Source of the DNA: a virus
Lineage: Duplodnaviria > Caudoviricetes
DNA: 64,000 nt
Direction: 5' to 3' (one strand)
IMG/VR virus record: IMGVR_UViG_2724679285_000001
Span: 1,782-65,781 of that record
Part shown: positions 16,973 to 26,873 of the stretch, one piece after another
How positions within the stretch are numbered: the stretch's first letter is position 1
Layout: each line of letters begins with the position of its first letter
Notes under the pieces: model-generated
Told to the model about the DNA's origin: nothing
Database searches by the model: none
The model's input: the letters and a program-made list of their open reading frames with translations, nothing else
Program-made: the position numbers and the translations under genes

Positions 16973-18481
16973 TCAGCCGACGCGTTGCCGCATCCAATCA
17001 TCCAGCACCGTCACCGAACCCGCCGCCGCCTGCTTCCCAGCTGTTTCGGGAGGCCCAGCGATATCCCACACCTGCCCCGCCGAGCTGACCAACACATCAT
17101 GCCCAACCACCCACGCCGCCAACCGGTCCGGCTGATGCTGCCCCGCCTGCCACGTAATAGCCGTCTCCTCGAACTTCGGGAACACCCCCGCCAACACCGC
17201 CGTACCCGTTTCGAGCGCCTGCAGCAGCGGACCGGACCGGGCGAGCGCATCACCCGGCCGCGGCTTGCCCTTCTCCGGCCACGTCGTCACCCGCACCGCG
17301 TGCCGCAAACGGCCGGCAGTTCGCGCGCGTTCGATCGCGTCCTTGACCATCCGCGAGTAGGTTTCGCGCGCCGAGTAGCCCTCCACCGCGATCTGCGAAG
17401 CCCCCACATCAGCCGCCAGCTGCACGGCCGCCGACGCCCACTGATCGGAGGTCATCTGCCCCGACTTGTCAGCGATCAACGCCACCACACCATCACGCGT
17501 CAACGACGATGCGACCAGCCCACACTCGTCACCCTTACCTGAATCGGCCGGGTCCACACTGACGACCGTCAGGACCGGATTCGCCGGGGCGCACGGCAAC
17601 CGCCACGCCTCAAACCACGCCGCCTTCACCAACGAACCCGCCGGCGTCGACGGAACACCCATGTACTGCGCATACCACTGCCGCTCCCCCACCGTCCGCC
17701 GCTTATCCGCGAAATCCTCTGGTGTGAAACCCAACGCGGAAATCATCGCCACCCCCGGCGCTTTACCGAGCGCATCCGGGACACCCAACTCGCCGACCGC
17801 GGTCACATTCGTGCGCCGCCACCGCCCCGGATTCTGCTCCAACAACGAGCCCGCGATGTCCTCCTCATGCCAGCGAGTCATGACCAGCAGTTCAGATCCG
17901 CCCGGATGGACACGTGTCGACAGTGAGCCCTGGTATTCGTTGAGTACCCGCCGGCGATGAGCAGCCGAATCCGCCTCCGACGCACCACCGATCACGTCAT
18001 CAAGCAGCAGCAGATCAGCGCCCTTACCGACGATGTTCGACGTGATACCCGCCGCCAACATGCCACCCTTACGCCCCTCCACCAGCCAGCGGCCGACCGC
18101 CGTCTTATCCGGCGAAATCCGATACCCGAGATAGTCGGCGTGCTCCATGATGATCTTTCGGGCCTTACCCGAGTGCTCCTTCGCGAGATCGTCGCCGTTG
18201 GAGATAATCATGATCTCCATATCCGGGTCGATCATGAACGCCCACACAGGCGTCCACACCGCCAACAGATTCGACTTCCCCGTCCGCGGCGGCGTGTTCA
18301 CCATGTCCTTGCCGTTCGGCTCCCGCACAACACGGACCGCGATATCGTCGAGCAACGCGATCGTCGGCGTCACCACAAACTTCGGATCCAGACGCTTCGC
18401 CAACGCCGCCGGCGACGGCGGCCGCTCCCGACGACGCGCCGCCAGTAGGGCTGTGACACCGACCAGTGCGTGCAGTGACAT
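16973..18481 (-). CDS. terL: terminase large subunit
   Basis: Walker A PPRTGKS, Walker B LLLLDD, VMTRWHEED, nuclease VSVDPA and HQPDR. Confidence 0.9.
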   Translation of the reverse strand: MSLHALVGVTALLAARRRERPPSPAALAKRLDPKFVVTPTIALLDDIAVRVVREPNGKDMVNTPPRTGKSNLLAVWTPVWAFMIDPDMEIMIISNGDDLAKEHSGKARKIIMEHADYLGYRISPDKTAVGRWLVEGRKGGMLAAGITSNIVGKGADLLLLDDVIGGASEADSAAHRRRVLNEYQGSLSTRVHPGGSELLVMTRWHEEDIAGSLLEQNPGRWRRTNVTAVGELGVPDALGKAPGVAMISALGFTPEDFADKRRTVGERQWYAQYMGVPSTPAGSLVKAAWFEAWRLPCAPANPVLTVVSVDPADSGKGDECGLVASSLTRDGVVALIADKSGQMTSDQWASAAVQLAADVGASQIAVEGYSARETYSRMVKDAIERARTAGRLRHAVRVTTWPEKGKPRPGDALARSGPLLQALETGTAVLAGVFPKFEETAITWQAGQHQPDRLAAWVVGHDVLVSSAGQVWDIAGPPETAGKQAAAGSVTVLDDWMRQRVG

Positions 18482-18515
18482 GCCGCAGAGGGTGGCAGCG
18501 AGGGGTGAGACCCGG

Positions 18516-18929
18516 CTAGGAGGCGATCAACTGTTGGGCCCGCTGAAACGACACGCCGAGTACCTCGCCCACGTCGCGAACCGCTACCCCGCGCGCCGCT
18601 AACTCCCGCGCCAACTCCCGCGCTCCCTCCGCCGCTGCTGCCGCGGCCCGTTCAGCGGCCGCACGATCCGCGGCCACCTTCGCAGCGCGTTGGGTAACGT
18701 CCACCCCGTCAACGCACAGCGTGATGTCCACTGCGACATCAGATGGCGCCGAATCGGTCACTGTGCAGATGTAGTCGATCGCCTGACTTTTCACTTCACC
18801 GAGCCGGCGCGCCTGAGTAGTTCCCCCGATGTTGACCGCACCGCTGGGGGTGACGTAGCCGTCCAGTTCGGGCACGGTGACCATCCACCAGCGGTCGTCG
18901 CGGGTGACGGTGACCTTGTAGGTGTGCAT
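18516..18929 (-). CDS. hicB: HicB-like antitoxin
   Basis: YKVTVTRDDRWWMVTVPELDG...TQARRL, plus C-terminal HTH (RDVGEVLGVSFQRAQQL). Confidence 0.8.
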   Translation of the reverse strand: MHTYKVTVTRDDRWWMVTVPELDGYVTPSGAVNIGGTTQARRLGEVKSQAIDYICTVTDSAPSDVAVDITLCVDGVDVTQRAAKVAADRAAAERAAAAAAEGARELARELAARGVAVRDVGEVLGVSFQRAQQLIAS

Positions 18930-18940
18930 GTCGCGCTCCT

Positions 18941-19150
18941 TCACTTGCAGTCGGTGTTGCAGGAGTCGATGGCGGTGTCAACCTGGCGGCGGATGCCGGG
19001 GCTGATGGTGCGGTGGCCCGTGTCCACGGAAACGCTGTAGCGGCCGTGCTGGCAGGTCCACACGGTGTGGCTGCCTTTGCCGGGACGGCTGGTGAACCCA
19101 GCCTTCTTGAGCTGCTTGACGATTTCGCGGGTGGGGGCCGGTGCGATCAT
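18941..19150 (-). CDS. hicA: HicA-like mRNase toxin
   Basis: REIVKQLKKAGF...GKGSHTVW...HRTISPG motif. Confidence 0.85.
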   Translation of the reverse strand: MIAPAPTREIVKQLKKAGFTSRPGKGSHTVWTCQHGRYSVSVDTGHRTISPGIRRQVDTAIDSCNTDCK

Positions 19151-19156
19151 AACTCT

Positions 19157-19186
19157 AGTCTAACGCACTAGACACTTTCCAGTCAA
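19157..19186 (-). promoter_or_regulatory. leaderless sigma-A promoter of hicAB with palindromic operator
   Basis: TTGACT-N18-TAGACT-N6-ATG; palindrome GTCTA-N6-TAGAC overlaps the -10. Confidence 0.6.
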
Positions 19187-19220
19187 GTCGAGTAGACAAA
19201 AGTTCTAGCTGCTAGAAGGG

Positions 19221-19664
19221 TTAAGACGGCTCCACCCGCGTCACGCCGTCCACATCGGTGACCAAAGTCGGCGGATTCCGCAGCACCTCCACGAACACGC
19301 CCACGACAGACTCGGCGGTCGTCGTGTAATCGATCGACTCGTCATGGCAACGCTCGATCTCGGCCCGCACCAGCTCCACCAAGTGCCCCCGAAACAGCCC
19401 CTCACGGAGACCCATCTGAGCGCGCACTCGATCCGCCGCCAGCCTCTGGATCACGCCCTGAGCCGCCGACACCGAATCCGCGAACGCCTCTGCGCGCCGG
19501 GCGCCCAACGGATCCGACCCTGGCCGGACGTCGCCCTCGTCGACGCCCATCCGACGCAGCGCCGCCCGCTGCTCGTCCGTGAACCGCACCTCCGGCGCCG
19601 TCGTCGACCGAGGCATCTCACCCTGACCCGACACCGGGCCACCATCATCGAACACGCCCATCAC
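19221..19664 (-). CDS. hypothetical protein
   Basis: 147 aa ORF coupled to the upstream stop. Confidence 0.5.
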   Translation of the reverse strand: MMGVFDDGGPVSGQGEMPRSTTAPEVRFTDEQRAALRRMGVDEGDVRPGSDPLGARRAEAFADSVSAAQGVIQRLAADRVRAQMGLREGLFRGHLVELVRAEIERCHDESIDYTTTAESVVGVFVEVLRNPPTLVTDVDGVTRVEPS

Positions 19665-20047
19665 GCACCACCCTTCCCAATGTCGTCAGGATGCTCCCGG
19701 TCACCGGGGCTCGTCATCGGCATAGCATCCGGAGTCGGCTGCGATTCCATCAACAAGTCAACCGCCACATACGTATCGCGGCAGTTGATCACCAAACCCA
19801 CCGTGTTGATGGCATCAAACCCGGCATCGAACACCGCCGAATACCGGTCGAACCACTCGACAGTCACAAACGTTGCCCCGGGCCACCGCAACGACCCCCT
19901 CCCCGAAGCCAAGTCGCCGTCGTGAGTCACCACGTACAGGTGCCCATGCTCGTTACGACCCCGAGACTCGATACGCCACCACCGAGCATCAGGCAACCGC
20001 GCGGGGTCAGGACGCAACGCCGGGTACGGACTCACCACCTTGCTCAT
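19661..20047 (-). CDS. hypothetical protein
   Basis: Starts MSKVVSPYP; translationally coupled. Confidence 0.5.
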   Translation of the reverse strand: MSKVVSPYPALRPDPARLPDARWWRIESRGRNEHGHLYVVTHDGDLASGRGSLRWPGATFVTVEWFDRYSAVFDAGFDAINTVGLVINCRDTYVAVDLLMESQPTPDAMPMTSPGDREHPDDIGKGGA

Positions 20048-20583
20048 CACGCACCACCGTCGTCGTCCCGCAATGCCCGATACAACGTCGCCCGACCCAC
20101 ACCCAACGTCACCGCAATCCGCTCCACCGGCTCCCCCGCCTCCCGCAACACCCGCGCCTGCCACACAGCGTCTTCCGTCAACACACCATGCTCCCAACAC
20201 CCATGGACACCACCCGGAACTGCCTGCAACCCTTCCGATTCGTCACGCTCACGACACACAACGACAACATGGTGCGGATCACCCATCGATTTACCGCAAT
20301 GATGCGGGCCCTGACACACCTCCCGTCGATGCGACACCGGAGCATTCGGAGTGTGGGCCACATTGAACCGCGGCCGCTCAGACCGGATCGCTAACAACTC
20401 GGCCCTCGACAACTCCAACGGGCTCGCAAACCCGCGCTCCAACGTGATCGTCGCCGCCACCGAGTAGAACTCCGCCCCCTTCCGGTGGGCATCAAACCGC
20501 GCCCACGCCTGCACTGACTGGCCGATGTACAACAAGCCGCCGTCAGCGTCGAAGAACCGATACAACACCAAATCCGCTGTCAC
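20047..20583 (-). CDS. GIY-YIG nuclease-like domain fused to a resolvase-type HTH
   Basis: LYRFFDADGGLLYIGQS...R..H...E..AI..E.P.FN, and C-terminal IAVTLGVGRATLYRAL. Confidence 0.7.
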   Translation of the reverse strand: MTADLVLYRFFDADGGLLYIGQSVQAWARFDAHRKGAEFYSVAATITLERGFASPLELSRAELLAIRSERPRFNVAHTPNAPVSHRREVCQGPHHCGKSMGDPHHVVVVCRERDESEGLQAVPGGVHGCWEHGVLTEDAVWQARVLREAGEPVERIAVTLGVGRATLYRALRDDDGGA

Positions 20584-21143
20584 CGCTGACCATCCAAAAC
20601 CCGGTAAATCGTCGGCCGCGAAACCCGATGCACCCGCGCCAACTCCGCCACCGTGTCCCCATTCGCATGCGCACGCCGAATCGCCTCCGCCTGCTCCGCA
20701 TCAAACTTCGGCTTCGCACCCCCCAAATTCCCACCCCGCCGCCGAATCAACGCCCGCTTCGCCTCAGCCCGCTCATGCTTCAAATCCAGCTCATACTCAG
20801 CAATCGACGCCAAAATCGTCAGCACCATCCGCCCAGCCGCCGTCGCCGAATCCAACCCCTCAGTCAACGACCGCAACACCACACCCCGGTCACGCAGATC
20901 CTTGATCGTCGAAAGCATCTGCCACGCATCACGACCCAGCCGGTCCAGCTTCCACACCACCAACGTGTCACCATCCTCCAACGCGGCCAGGGCAGCTGCC
21001 AACTGCGGCCGATCACTGCGCTTCCCACTCATCTTCTCCGTGAAAATCGGATCACAACCAGCAACCCGCAACGCCTCCACCTGCTGCTCAGTCGTCTGCC
21101 GCGACGTCGACACCCGCGCATAACCAACCAACCTGCCGCTCAC
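20580..21143 (-). CDS. small serine recombinase (resolvase/invertase family)
   Basis: GYARVST, RPQL and GDTLVVWKLDRLGR motifs, with C-terminal HTH VSRPTIYR. Confidence 0.92.
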   Translation of the reverse strand: MSGRLVGYARVSTSRQTTEQQVEALRVAGCDPIFTEKMSGKRSDRPQLAAALAALEDGDTLVVWKLDRLGRDAWQMLSTIKDLRDRGVVLRSLTEGLDSATAAGRMVLTILASIAEYELDLKHERAEAKRALIRRRGGNLGGAKPKFDAEQAEAIRRAHANGDTVAELARVHRVSRPTIYRVLDGQR

Positions 21144-21264
21144 CACACCTCCAAAAAACCTGGAACACCAAAAAATTGATAGAAATTCGAGACCAGCCGG
21201 CGCCATGCGCGGGACCGGGGGTCGATACCGAAACCACTGGGGGATTCGGCACCGACCCCGCCGG

Positions 21265-21525
21265 TTAGTTGACGGGGACCAGCTCGGGATGTCCGTACCA
21301 GGCCTGGTCCCACTTGACGGCGAGTTGGCCGTCTCGGTAGAGGCCGGTCGCCACGCCTTGGGTGTTCGTAGGCCCGCACACGCGGTCACCATCTACACGG
21401 CAGTCCCAGTCGGGGTCGTCCTCCTGGATGGTCGGCGCGGCGTGTGCGGTGATGATGGCCGGGCCGATGGGGACGCCGATGGCGGCTCCGATCAGGATGC
21501 CGGCGGCCAGGGTGGTTTTGAGCAT
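21265..21525 (-). CDS. small secreted protein
   Basis: Signal peptide (AHA site), then IQEDDPDWDCRVDGDRVCGP. Confidence 0.6.
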   Translation of the reverse strand: MLKTTLAAGILIGAAIGVPIGPAIITAHAAPTIQEDDPDWDCRVDGDRVCGPTNTQGVATGLYRDGQLAVKWDQAWYGHPELVPVN

Positions 21526-21556
21526 GGGAGTCCTTTCGTGGGGTGGTTGGGCCCGG

Positions 21557-21697
21557 TTAAACGGGTTCGATGGAGGAGCCGATGAGGCCCATAGCGTTGA
21601 GTTCGAGCTGGGCCTGGCGCGCTTCGGCGTAGGTGTCGTACAGCTCGGATTCGCCGCCGCAGGTGAGTTCCCAGGCGGCTGGTGTTGTGGTCTGCAT
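21557..21697 (-). CDS. small hypothetical protein
   Basis: Starts MQTTTPAAW behind a TTGTCG-N18-TAAAGT-N7-ATG leaderless promoter. Confidence 0.5.
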   Translation of the reverse strand: MQTTTPAAWELTCGGESELYDTYAEARQAQLELNAMGLIGSSIEPV

Positions 21698-21702
21698 GCC
21701 AT

Positions 21703-21788
21703 CCACTTTACACGGTTGCGTTACATTGCGACAAGGGGTTATGCCCCACAATTGGAGGTGTAACAGAAGTCAAAGGTTCCGTTACACA
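21703..21788. promoter_or_regulatory. AT-richer region with GTTAC/GTAAC half-sites: candidate res site overlapping a promoter
   Basis: Repeated TTACA/TGTAAC/GTTACA half-sites upstream of the recombinase operon. Confidence 0.4.
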
Positions 21789-22187
21789 TCACTCGTCGTC
21801 GAGCGCTGCGATCGCCTTCGATGCGCGGGCCAGTACCTCGTCCGCCGGCATCGGCCCGTCGTCGCCCTCGTCGTCGGCGCCCTCGGCGAGCGCCTGTTCG
21901 ATCCACGACGGCCCCGACTCCACCACCGTCTCGGGCTGTCGGCTCCGCATGACCGCCACCCACTCCAGCAGCTCCTCCACCGTGAGTCCGCCGGCGTGGA
22001 GGTATTGGCGGGTGATGTCGCGGTGCAGCTCCCAGAGTGGGTCGTGGGGTCCGTAGACGACGCCTACGGCTTCCCGGCATTTCGCCAATGTGGCGGCTTC
22101 GATTTCGGTGGGGGCGATGGTGCCGTCGGTGACGGCTGCGGCGATGTCCATCGCGGCGTCCATGAGTTGTTCGGGGGTTTGGGTCAT
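21789..22187 (-). CDS. hypothetical protein
   Basis: 132 aa acidic ORF coupled to the terS-like gene. Confidence 0.55.
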   Translation of the reverse strand: MTQTPEQLMDAAMDIAAAVTDGTIAPTEIEAATLAKCREAVGVVYGPHDPLWELHRDITRQYLHAGGLTVEELLEWVAVMRSRQPETVVESGPSWIEQALAEGADDEGDDGPMPADEVLARASKAIAALDDE

Positions 22188-22693
22188 GGTTCGCTCACGA
22201 TCTCGGCGTCGATGATGGGCATGGGGTTCGGCTGCGGGGCGGGTAGCGCGGACTGCTTGGCCGCCAGGACTTGCCGCATCTGTTCGCGGGCGGCTTCGAC
22301 GACCCCGGCCGCGGAGTGCTGCACGTTGACGTCGACTTTCTGTGTGACAGGCACGTTCAGCCCGCGGAGCGCGTCGTGCTTGGCCTGCGCACCGGCCGCG
22401 GCATCGAGGGCCATCACTGCCGTGTGTGGCTTGCCTTGGCGTTCTGCGATCTCGGCGACGGCGAAGCAGCGGGCGACGACGTTCAGGTAGGTGCCGGCGC
22501 TCATGGCGCGTGCCATGTCTTGTTCTTCGGCGGGCATGCGGGCGATGTGTTTTTGGACGGCTTTGAAGGCGGATGCGGGGCTGCCGTAGCCGATGGTGTT
22601 TGCGATGTCGTCGTATGTGCGGCCTGTGCAGCGGAGTTTGTAGGCGTTGGCTGCGCGTTGTTGGCTGTGTGCTCGGGGTCCGAGTTTGGTCAT
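22184..22693 (-). CDS. probable terminase small subunit (HTH)
   Basis: RAANAYKLRCTGRTYDDIANTIGY HTH and LRGLNVPVTQKVDVNV...IIDAEIV tail typical of TerS. Confidence 0.55.
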   Translation of the reverse strand: MTKLGPRAHSQQRAANAYKLRCTGRTYDDIANTIGYGSPASAFKAVQKHIARMPAEEQDMARAMSAGTYLNVVARCFAVAEIAERQGKPHTAVMALDAAAGAQAKHDALRGLNVPVTQKVDVNVQHSAAGVVEAAREQMRQVLAAKQSALPAPQPNPMPIIDAEIVSEP

Positions 22694-22824
22694 TTTGCCA
22701 GTTTGTGTTTTGTGGGTGCTGGTGGTTGTGGACTGCGGTCCGGTGATGCGGTTGCCTGTTTTGGGGGTGGGGGTTGTGCTGGGATGGCGATTGCTGCCGA
22801 ATGGGTAGGAATCTGGGCGTGTTT

Positions 22825-23118
22825 CTACGCGTCTTGGGGTGACAGTGCCTGAGGGGTGGTTTCGTCGCTTATATCGGCGCTGTGTGGGTTTCGTCCGTCG
22901 TTGGGCCATCCCCAGCATGGGTAGGCGCGGCCGGCGTTGACGAGGCCGACTGTGGATGGGTCGACGCAGTGGCGTGTGCCTTGGGCGTGGTTGCCGTCTC
23001 GGTGTTTGTCGAATGCGCTGGTGGTGGTGAAGGTTTGGTGGCAGGCGCCGCAGTGGGCGGTGTTGAGTCCTCCCCAGCGGTTGGTGCAGCGGGCGCATCC
23101 GATGGTGGTGTTGGTCAT
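22825..23118 (-). CDS. FDXHR-type zinc-binding protein
   Basis: CARC...AHCGACHQTF...AFDKHR. Confidence 0.65.
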   Translation of the reverse strand: MTNTTIGCARCTNRWGGLNTAHCGACHQTFTTTSAFDKHRDGNHAQGTRHCVDPSTVGLVNAGRAYPCWGWPNDGRNPHSADISDETTPQALSPQDA

Positions 23119-23375
23119 GGTGTCTCCTCGGTGGTGGTGGGTTTGGTCCAGCCCATGACGTCGCGTAGGTGGTTCATGCCTCGTGTGGCTGCTTGGGCGT
23201 GGTTGGGTTGGTGGTCGCAGACGGTGGTGCCTCGGTAGCCGTCTCGGTCGCAGAGCGCACAGGCGTCGATGGCGCGCTGCTGGAGTTCGGCCTGGCTCGG
23301 CGTCAGGCTCGGGGTGGGTGTCGCGGCGGCAAGTTCGTCGGCCCAGGGGTCGGATGGATCGCGCATGGCGGGCAC
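23115..23375 (-). CDS. hypothetical CxxC protein (resembles a replication-protein C-terminus)
   Basis: AIDACALCDRDGYRGTTVCDH. Confidence 0.5.
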   Translation of the reverse strand: MPAMRDPSDPWADELAAATPTPSLTPSQAELQQRAIDACALCDRDGYRGTTVCDHQPNHAQAATRGMNHLRDVMGWTKPTTTEETP

Positions 23376-23636
23376 TTTCGGCTTGGTGGGTGCTATGGCC
23401 TGGAGGCGGGTGTGCCTGTGGATAAGTCGTTTCCGGTGTTGTGGGTGGCTGGTTTCTTGGCCTGGAGGGGGTGTGTGGTGCTGCCCCCCTGCGCGCGTTA
23501 CTCAACGTAAGTACAGGATTTCAAGGTGAGTTGTTGTGAGTGCGTACGTGCGTACGTACGTGCATTGCTCGACTTGCAGAGCTTGGGGCATTGCATGGTG
23601 GGGGAATGCTTGGGGGAATGCTTGGAGCATCGGGTT

Positions 23637-24005
23637 TCATCGGTCGTGGAACTCTCTGCCGTTGCGTCGTTCCCACCGCGCGGCAGCGGCTTTTTTGGCC
23701 TTCTCGCTGCGCCTTAACGCTTCCTCGTTGGACAGTTGGTATTCGTCCCAGCCGTTGATTTGCCATCCTCCGGGGGCTGGGTTCCAGAGCCCTTCGGCGA
23801 CGAGGCGTGTGGCGTCGTTTGGTGTCGCTCCGAAGACGCGTAGGGCGGCTTTCGGGACGAACCCGGCGAGGCCATGTCTGCCCGAATAGCACATGGATTG
23901 GACGTAGGCGACGATGGTTCGGTACTGCTTGTCCTCTTGGAGGTAGAGCAGTTTCGGGTTCTCGAAGAGGGTGGTTTCGAGGCGGATCCACTTGAGCCCG
24001 GACAT
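23637..24005 (-). CDS. replication initiator-like N-terminal domain
   Basis: WIRLE..LFENPK...LVAEGLW...GWQINGWDEYQ...KKAAAARW. Confidence 0.6.
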   Translation of the reverse strand: MSGLKWIRLETTLFENPKLLYLQEDKQYRTIVAYVQSMCYSGRHGLAGFVPKAALRVFGATPNDATRLVAEGLWNPAPGGWQINGWDEYQLSNEEALRRSEKAKKAAAARWERRNGREFHDR

Positions 24006-24008
24006 GAT

Positions 24009-24842
24009 TTAGAGGGCCTCCGCAGCATCGGCGGCGTCGAAGATTTCGTCGTCGCGTAGAGATTCGTGGACCGCGTTCATGGTCATCCATTCGATGGCAG
24101 TGGCGTATTGCAGCGCGCAGCCAGGGTCGGGGCAGTAACCGGTTTCTTGGTGCCGGCAAGCGACGTACCCGATGTCGTCGGGGTCGACGTACCTGGCGGC
24201 GATGTCGAGGGCGTTGGCCACTGTCGCGTCGATGTCGGCCTGGGTCCATCGTGTCGTGAGCGGCGTCGGGTCTGTCGGCGGTTGCTCATGGACCAGTTCG
24301 GTGGCGCGGTCCTCCAGTTTCTTGATCCGCTTCCAGCTGCAGCCGCAGAAGTACTTCCAGGTGTCGTTCGTCGACACGCGGGAGGTCATGGCCACTTCGA
24401 TGAGGTCGGTCAGGTCGTCGATGCTCAGGCCGCGGTTGAGGAACTGTTCGACGCTGGCACCCCAGCTATCGGGCCGCGGCACATCCCGCCCGCCGCCGCT
24501 TGACCAGGATTTCCACTGGGTGTCGAACCATGCCTTCAACCGCTGCGTTTCAGCGCGGTCCCGTTGGCTCTCCTGCGCGGCCACTGCGATGGCCCGGCGC
24601 CACCGGACAACGTCGGAGTCGACGTCGCGCACGGTGGGTGAGTCGACTGGGGTTGCTGATTTCCCGCTGTTGCAGTCTGCGCACGCGGCGACGAGGTTGG
24701 TCGGGTCGTCGGTGCCGCCGAGGGTGGTGGGCACGACGTGATCGACGTGGAGTTGCACCTCGGGTGCGCGGCGGCCGCAGTATCGGCAGGTGTGGTTGTC
24801 GCGGCGGAGGATCTCGAACCGGAGCCGCTTCGATACGGCCAT
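24009..24842 (-). CDS. HNH endonuclease domain protein
   Basis: RFEILRRDNHTCRYCG...LHVDHVVP..LGG...NLVAACADCNSGK. Confidence 0.85.
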   Translation of the reverse strand: MAVSKRLRFEILRRDNHTCRYCGRRAPEVQLHVDHVVPTTLGGTDDPTNLVAACADCNSGKSATPVDSPTVRDVDSDVVRWRRAIAVAAQESQRDRAETQRLKAWFDTQWKSWSSGGGRDVPRPDSWGASVEQFLNRGLSIDDLTDLIEVAMTSRVSTNDTWKYFCGCSWKRIKKLEDRATELVHEQPPTDPTPLTTRWTQADIDATVANALDIAARYVDPDDIGYVACRHQETGYCPDPGCALQYATAIEWMTMNAVHESLRDDEIFDAADAAEAL

Positions 24843-25033
24843 CAGTCGACCGCCTCAGTGTCGGCGGCGAGCATCGCGTCGACCTCGGCCATGTCGTAGC
24901 GGACGAGTCGGCGGCCGACGGCGTAGGCTCGGAGCTCGCCGCGTTCGGTCATGCGCTCGACGGTCTTGGTGCTGACTTGGAGGTGTTCGGCGACATCACT
25001 TTTGGTGCCCCACCGCCGCGGCTGCGCTGTCAT
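24842..25033 (-). CDS. excisionase-like HTH protein
   Basis: DVAEHLQVSTKTVERM..RGELRAYAVGRRLVRYD. Confidence 0.75.
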   Translation of the reverse strand: MTAQPRRWGTKSDVAEHLQVSTKTVERMTERGELRAYAVGRRLVRYDMAEVDAMLAADTEAVD

Positions 25034-25081
25034 CTGTTGTCTACTCCTGAACCGTGCGTGATCGTGCTGTCGCTTTGTGTA

Positions 25082-26873
25082 CTAGGCCGGGGTGCACCGG
25101 CAGGTTGGGCAGTGCGGGTGCGGTGGTTTACCGCGTGGCGGGTTGACGTGTCGGCATTCGCATTCGTGTTGTTCCGCCCATGGGCCGACGACGTTCGGGC
25201 AGCCGGCATCGTCGCCGACTCGGTGTTCGCCGCGGAGGACTTCGGGGGCGTTGGGTCCCCAGGTGTGGTGTGGGTGGCGTCCGGCGCGGCACCCGTCGCA
25301 GATGCGCCTCATGCCGGTTTCCGCCGTCCGTACCGTCGGATTCGCCGCGCGACTTCGGCTTGCTCGGCGGGGGTTTGGTGGGTGAGGTGCCAGTGGCCCC
25401 CGGGGCATCGGTATGGGTGGAGGTGGTCTTTCTGCCCGGCGGGGAGGCGGAGTGCGCGTTGGGCGCGCAGGGCGCGGGCTTGGGAGCGGTAGGCGTGTTT
25501 GGCTGGGGTTGGGCATTCGGTGCCGGGGCGGCGGGCTGGCATGTCGGAGGGCTTAGGCGGCATCAGGGCTCGATCCACGGCCAGCGTCGGCCGCAGGCGC
25601 GGCAGTAGGAGCCGATCGTCGGCGTGGGTGTGAGCATCCACGGTTCGCACTGGTGCGCGTTGGGGCCGGTGATTCTGGCTCGGTGTAGGCCCTCGTAGTC
25701 GCCTGGGTCGCGGTCGACGATCAGAGAAAAGACTTCCGGCGGAAACACGTAGGTCGCTGGTTGACGGTGATGGGCGCTCATGGTGCTGGTTCCTCGGGTG
25801 TCCAGCCGCTCACCCACCGCTCGACCAGGCTGGGATTACTGGCCCAGTCCGGCGCGGCGTTGTGGTCACGTTCCCAGCGCGTGTTGTTGCTCCGGATGAC
25901 GGCGAGTTCGAGTTCGACGCGGGCTTTGTCGCTGCTGGCGGTTCCGACGTAGCCGACGGTGCCCATCGTGACTGCCCATTCGCGGGTGAGTCCGCCGAGT
26001 GCCGCCACCACAGCAGCGGCGGAGTGCGCTTCGTGCGCGGCAGCAGCCTGCCAACTGGTTGCGGCGTGGAAGTCCTGACCGCAGCGACACAGGACCGCAT
26101 ACGTCGCGACGTCGTCTTCCAGGGGGCCGTTGTCGATGACCCGAAACCCTCGGTGTCGATGAGCCGCAAGTACGTCGGCGATCAGGGCTGCGGCGTCGGC
26201 GGTCATGACTGCGCCCAATCCGGGTGGTGGATCAGCAGCGCCGGGAATCCGTAGGGCGGCACGATGGCCGCCCGCTGAGAACCGAACCACCAGATCCCGT
26301 CCTGCTTGTAGACCGGAGAGTGGTGGCAGTCCGCGACGATCGCACCGTCCGGCAAGGCGTTGAGTTGCTCGGCGGTGCGGATGGTGCACGCCTCACGCCA
26401 CGCGTCACCCTGGTGCGCCTCGTGGGCATCCAGCACGCCCGCCATGAATCCCATCGGTTGGTCTGTGGTCCACGCGCACCCAGTGCACTGGCCTACCCAG
26501 TACCGGCCGTGTCGCACCTTCACTCGGTGCTGGCGAAGCACCTCGGCCAGCGTGGGGAACTCGGCGCTCATCGGCTCCACCTGACGACGGTGAATTTGGT
26601 GTCAGGCGAGTCGGATGGCCTGAGCGCGTGCCAGTGTCGGTGCCAGTCACCGTTCATGCCGCAGGGGTCGCCATGGCGTTCGCACCACTTGACGCGTGGC
26701 TGCTCCCATAGGTGGTGTTCGACGATGTTCACGGGCCGGTCGTCGCCCACGTCGCCTCCGAGTGCGTGTGCGAGGTCGGCGCGGAGGGCGAGGACGTCGA
26801 GGTTGTGGCCGCGGTGGATGCGCGCCCATCCCTCGTCGTCGATGTAGTCGGTGGGGTACCGGTCAGCGCTCAT
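25082..26873 (-). other. run of about six small translationally coupled hypothetical genes
   Basis: Overlapping ATGA/GTGA junctions; Cys/His-rich small ORFs typical of actinophage early regions. Confidence 0.5.
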
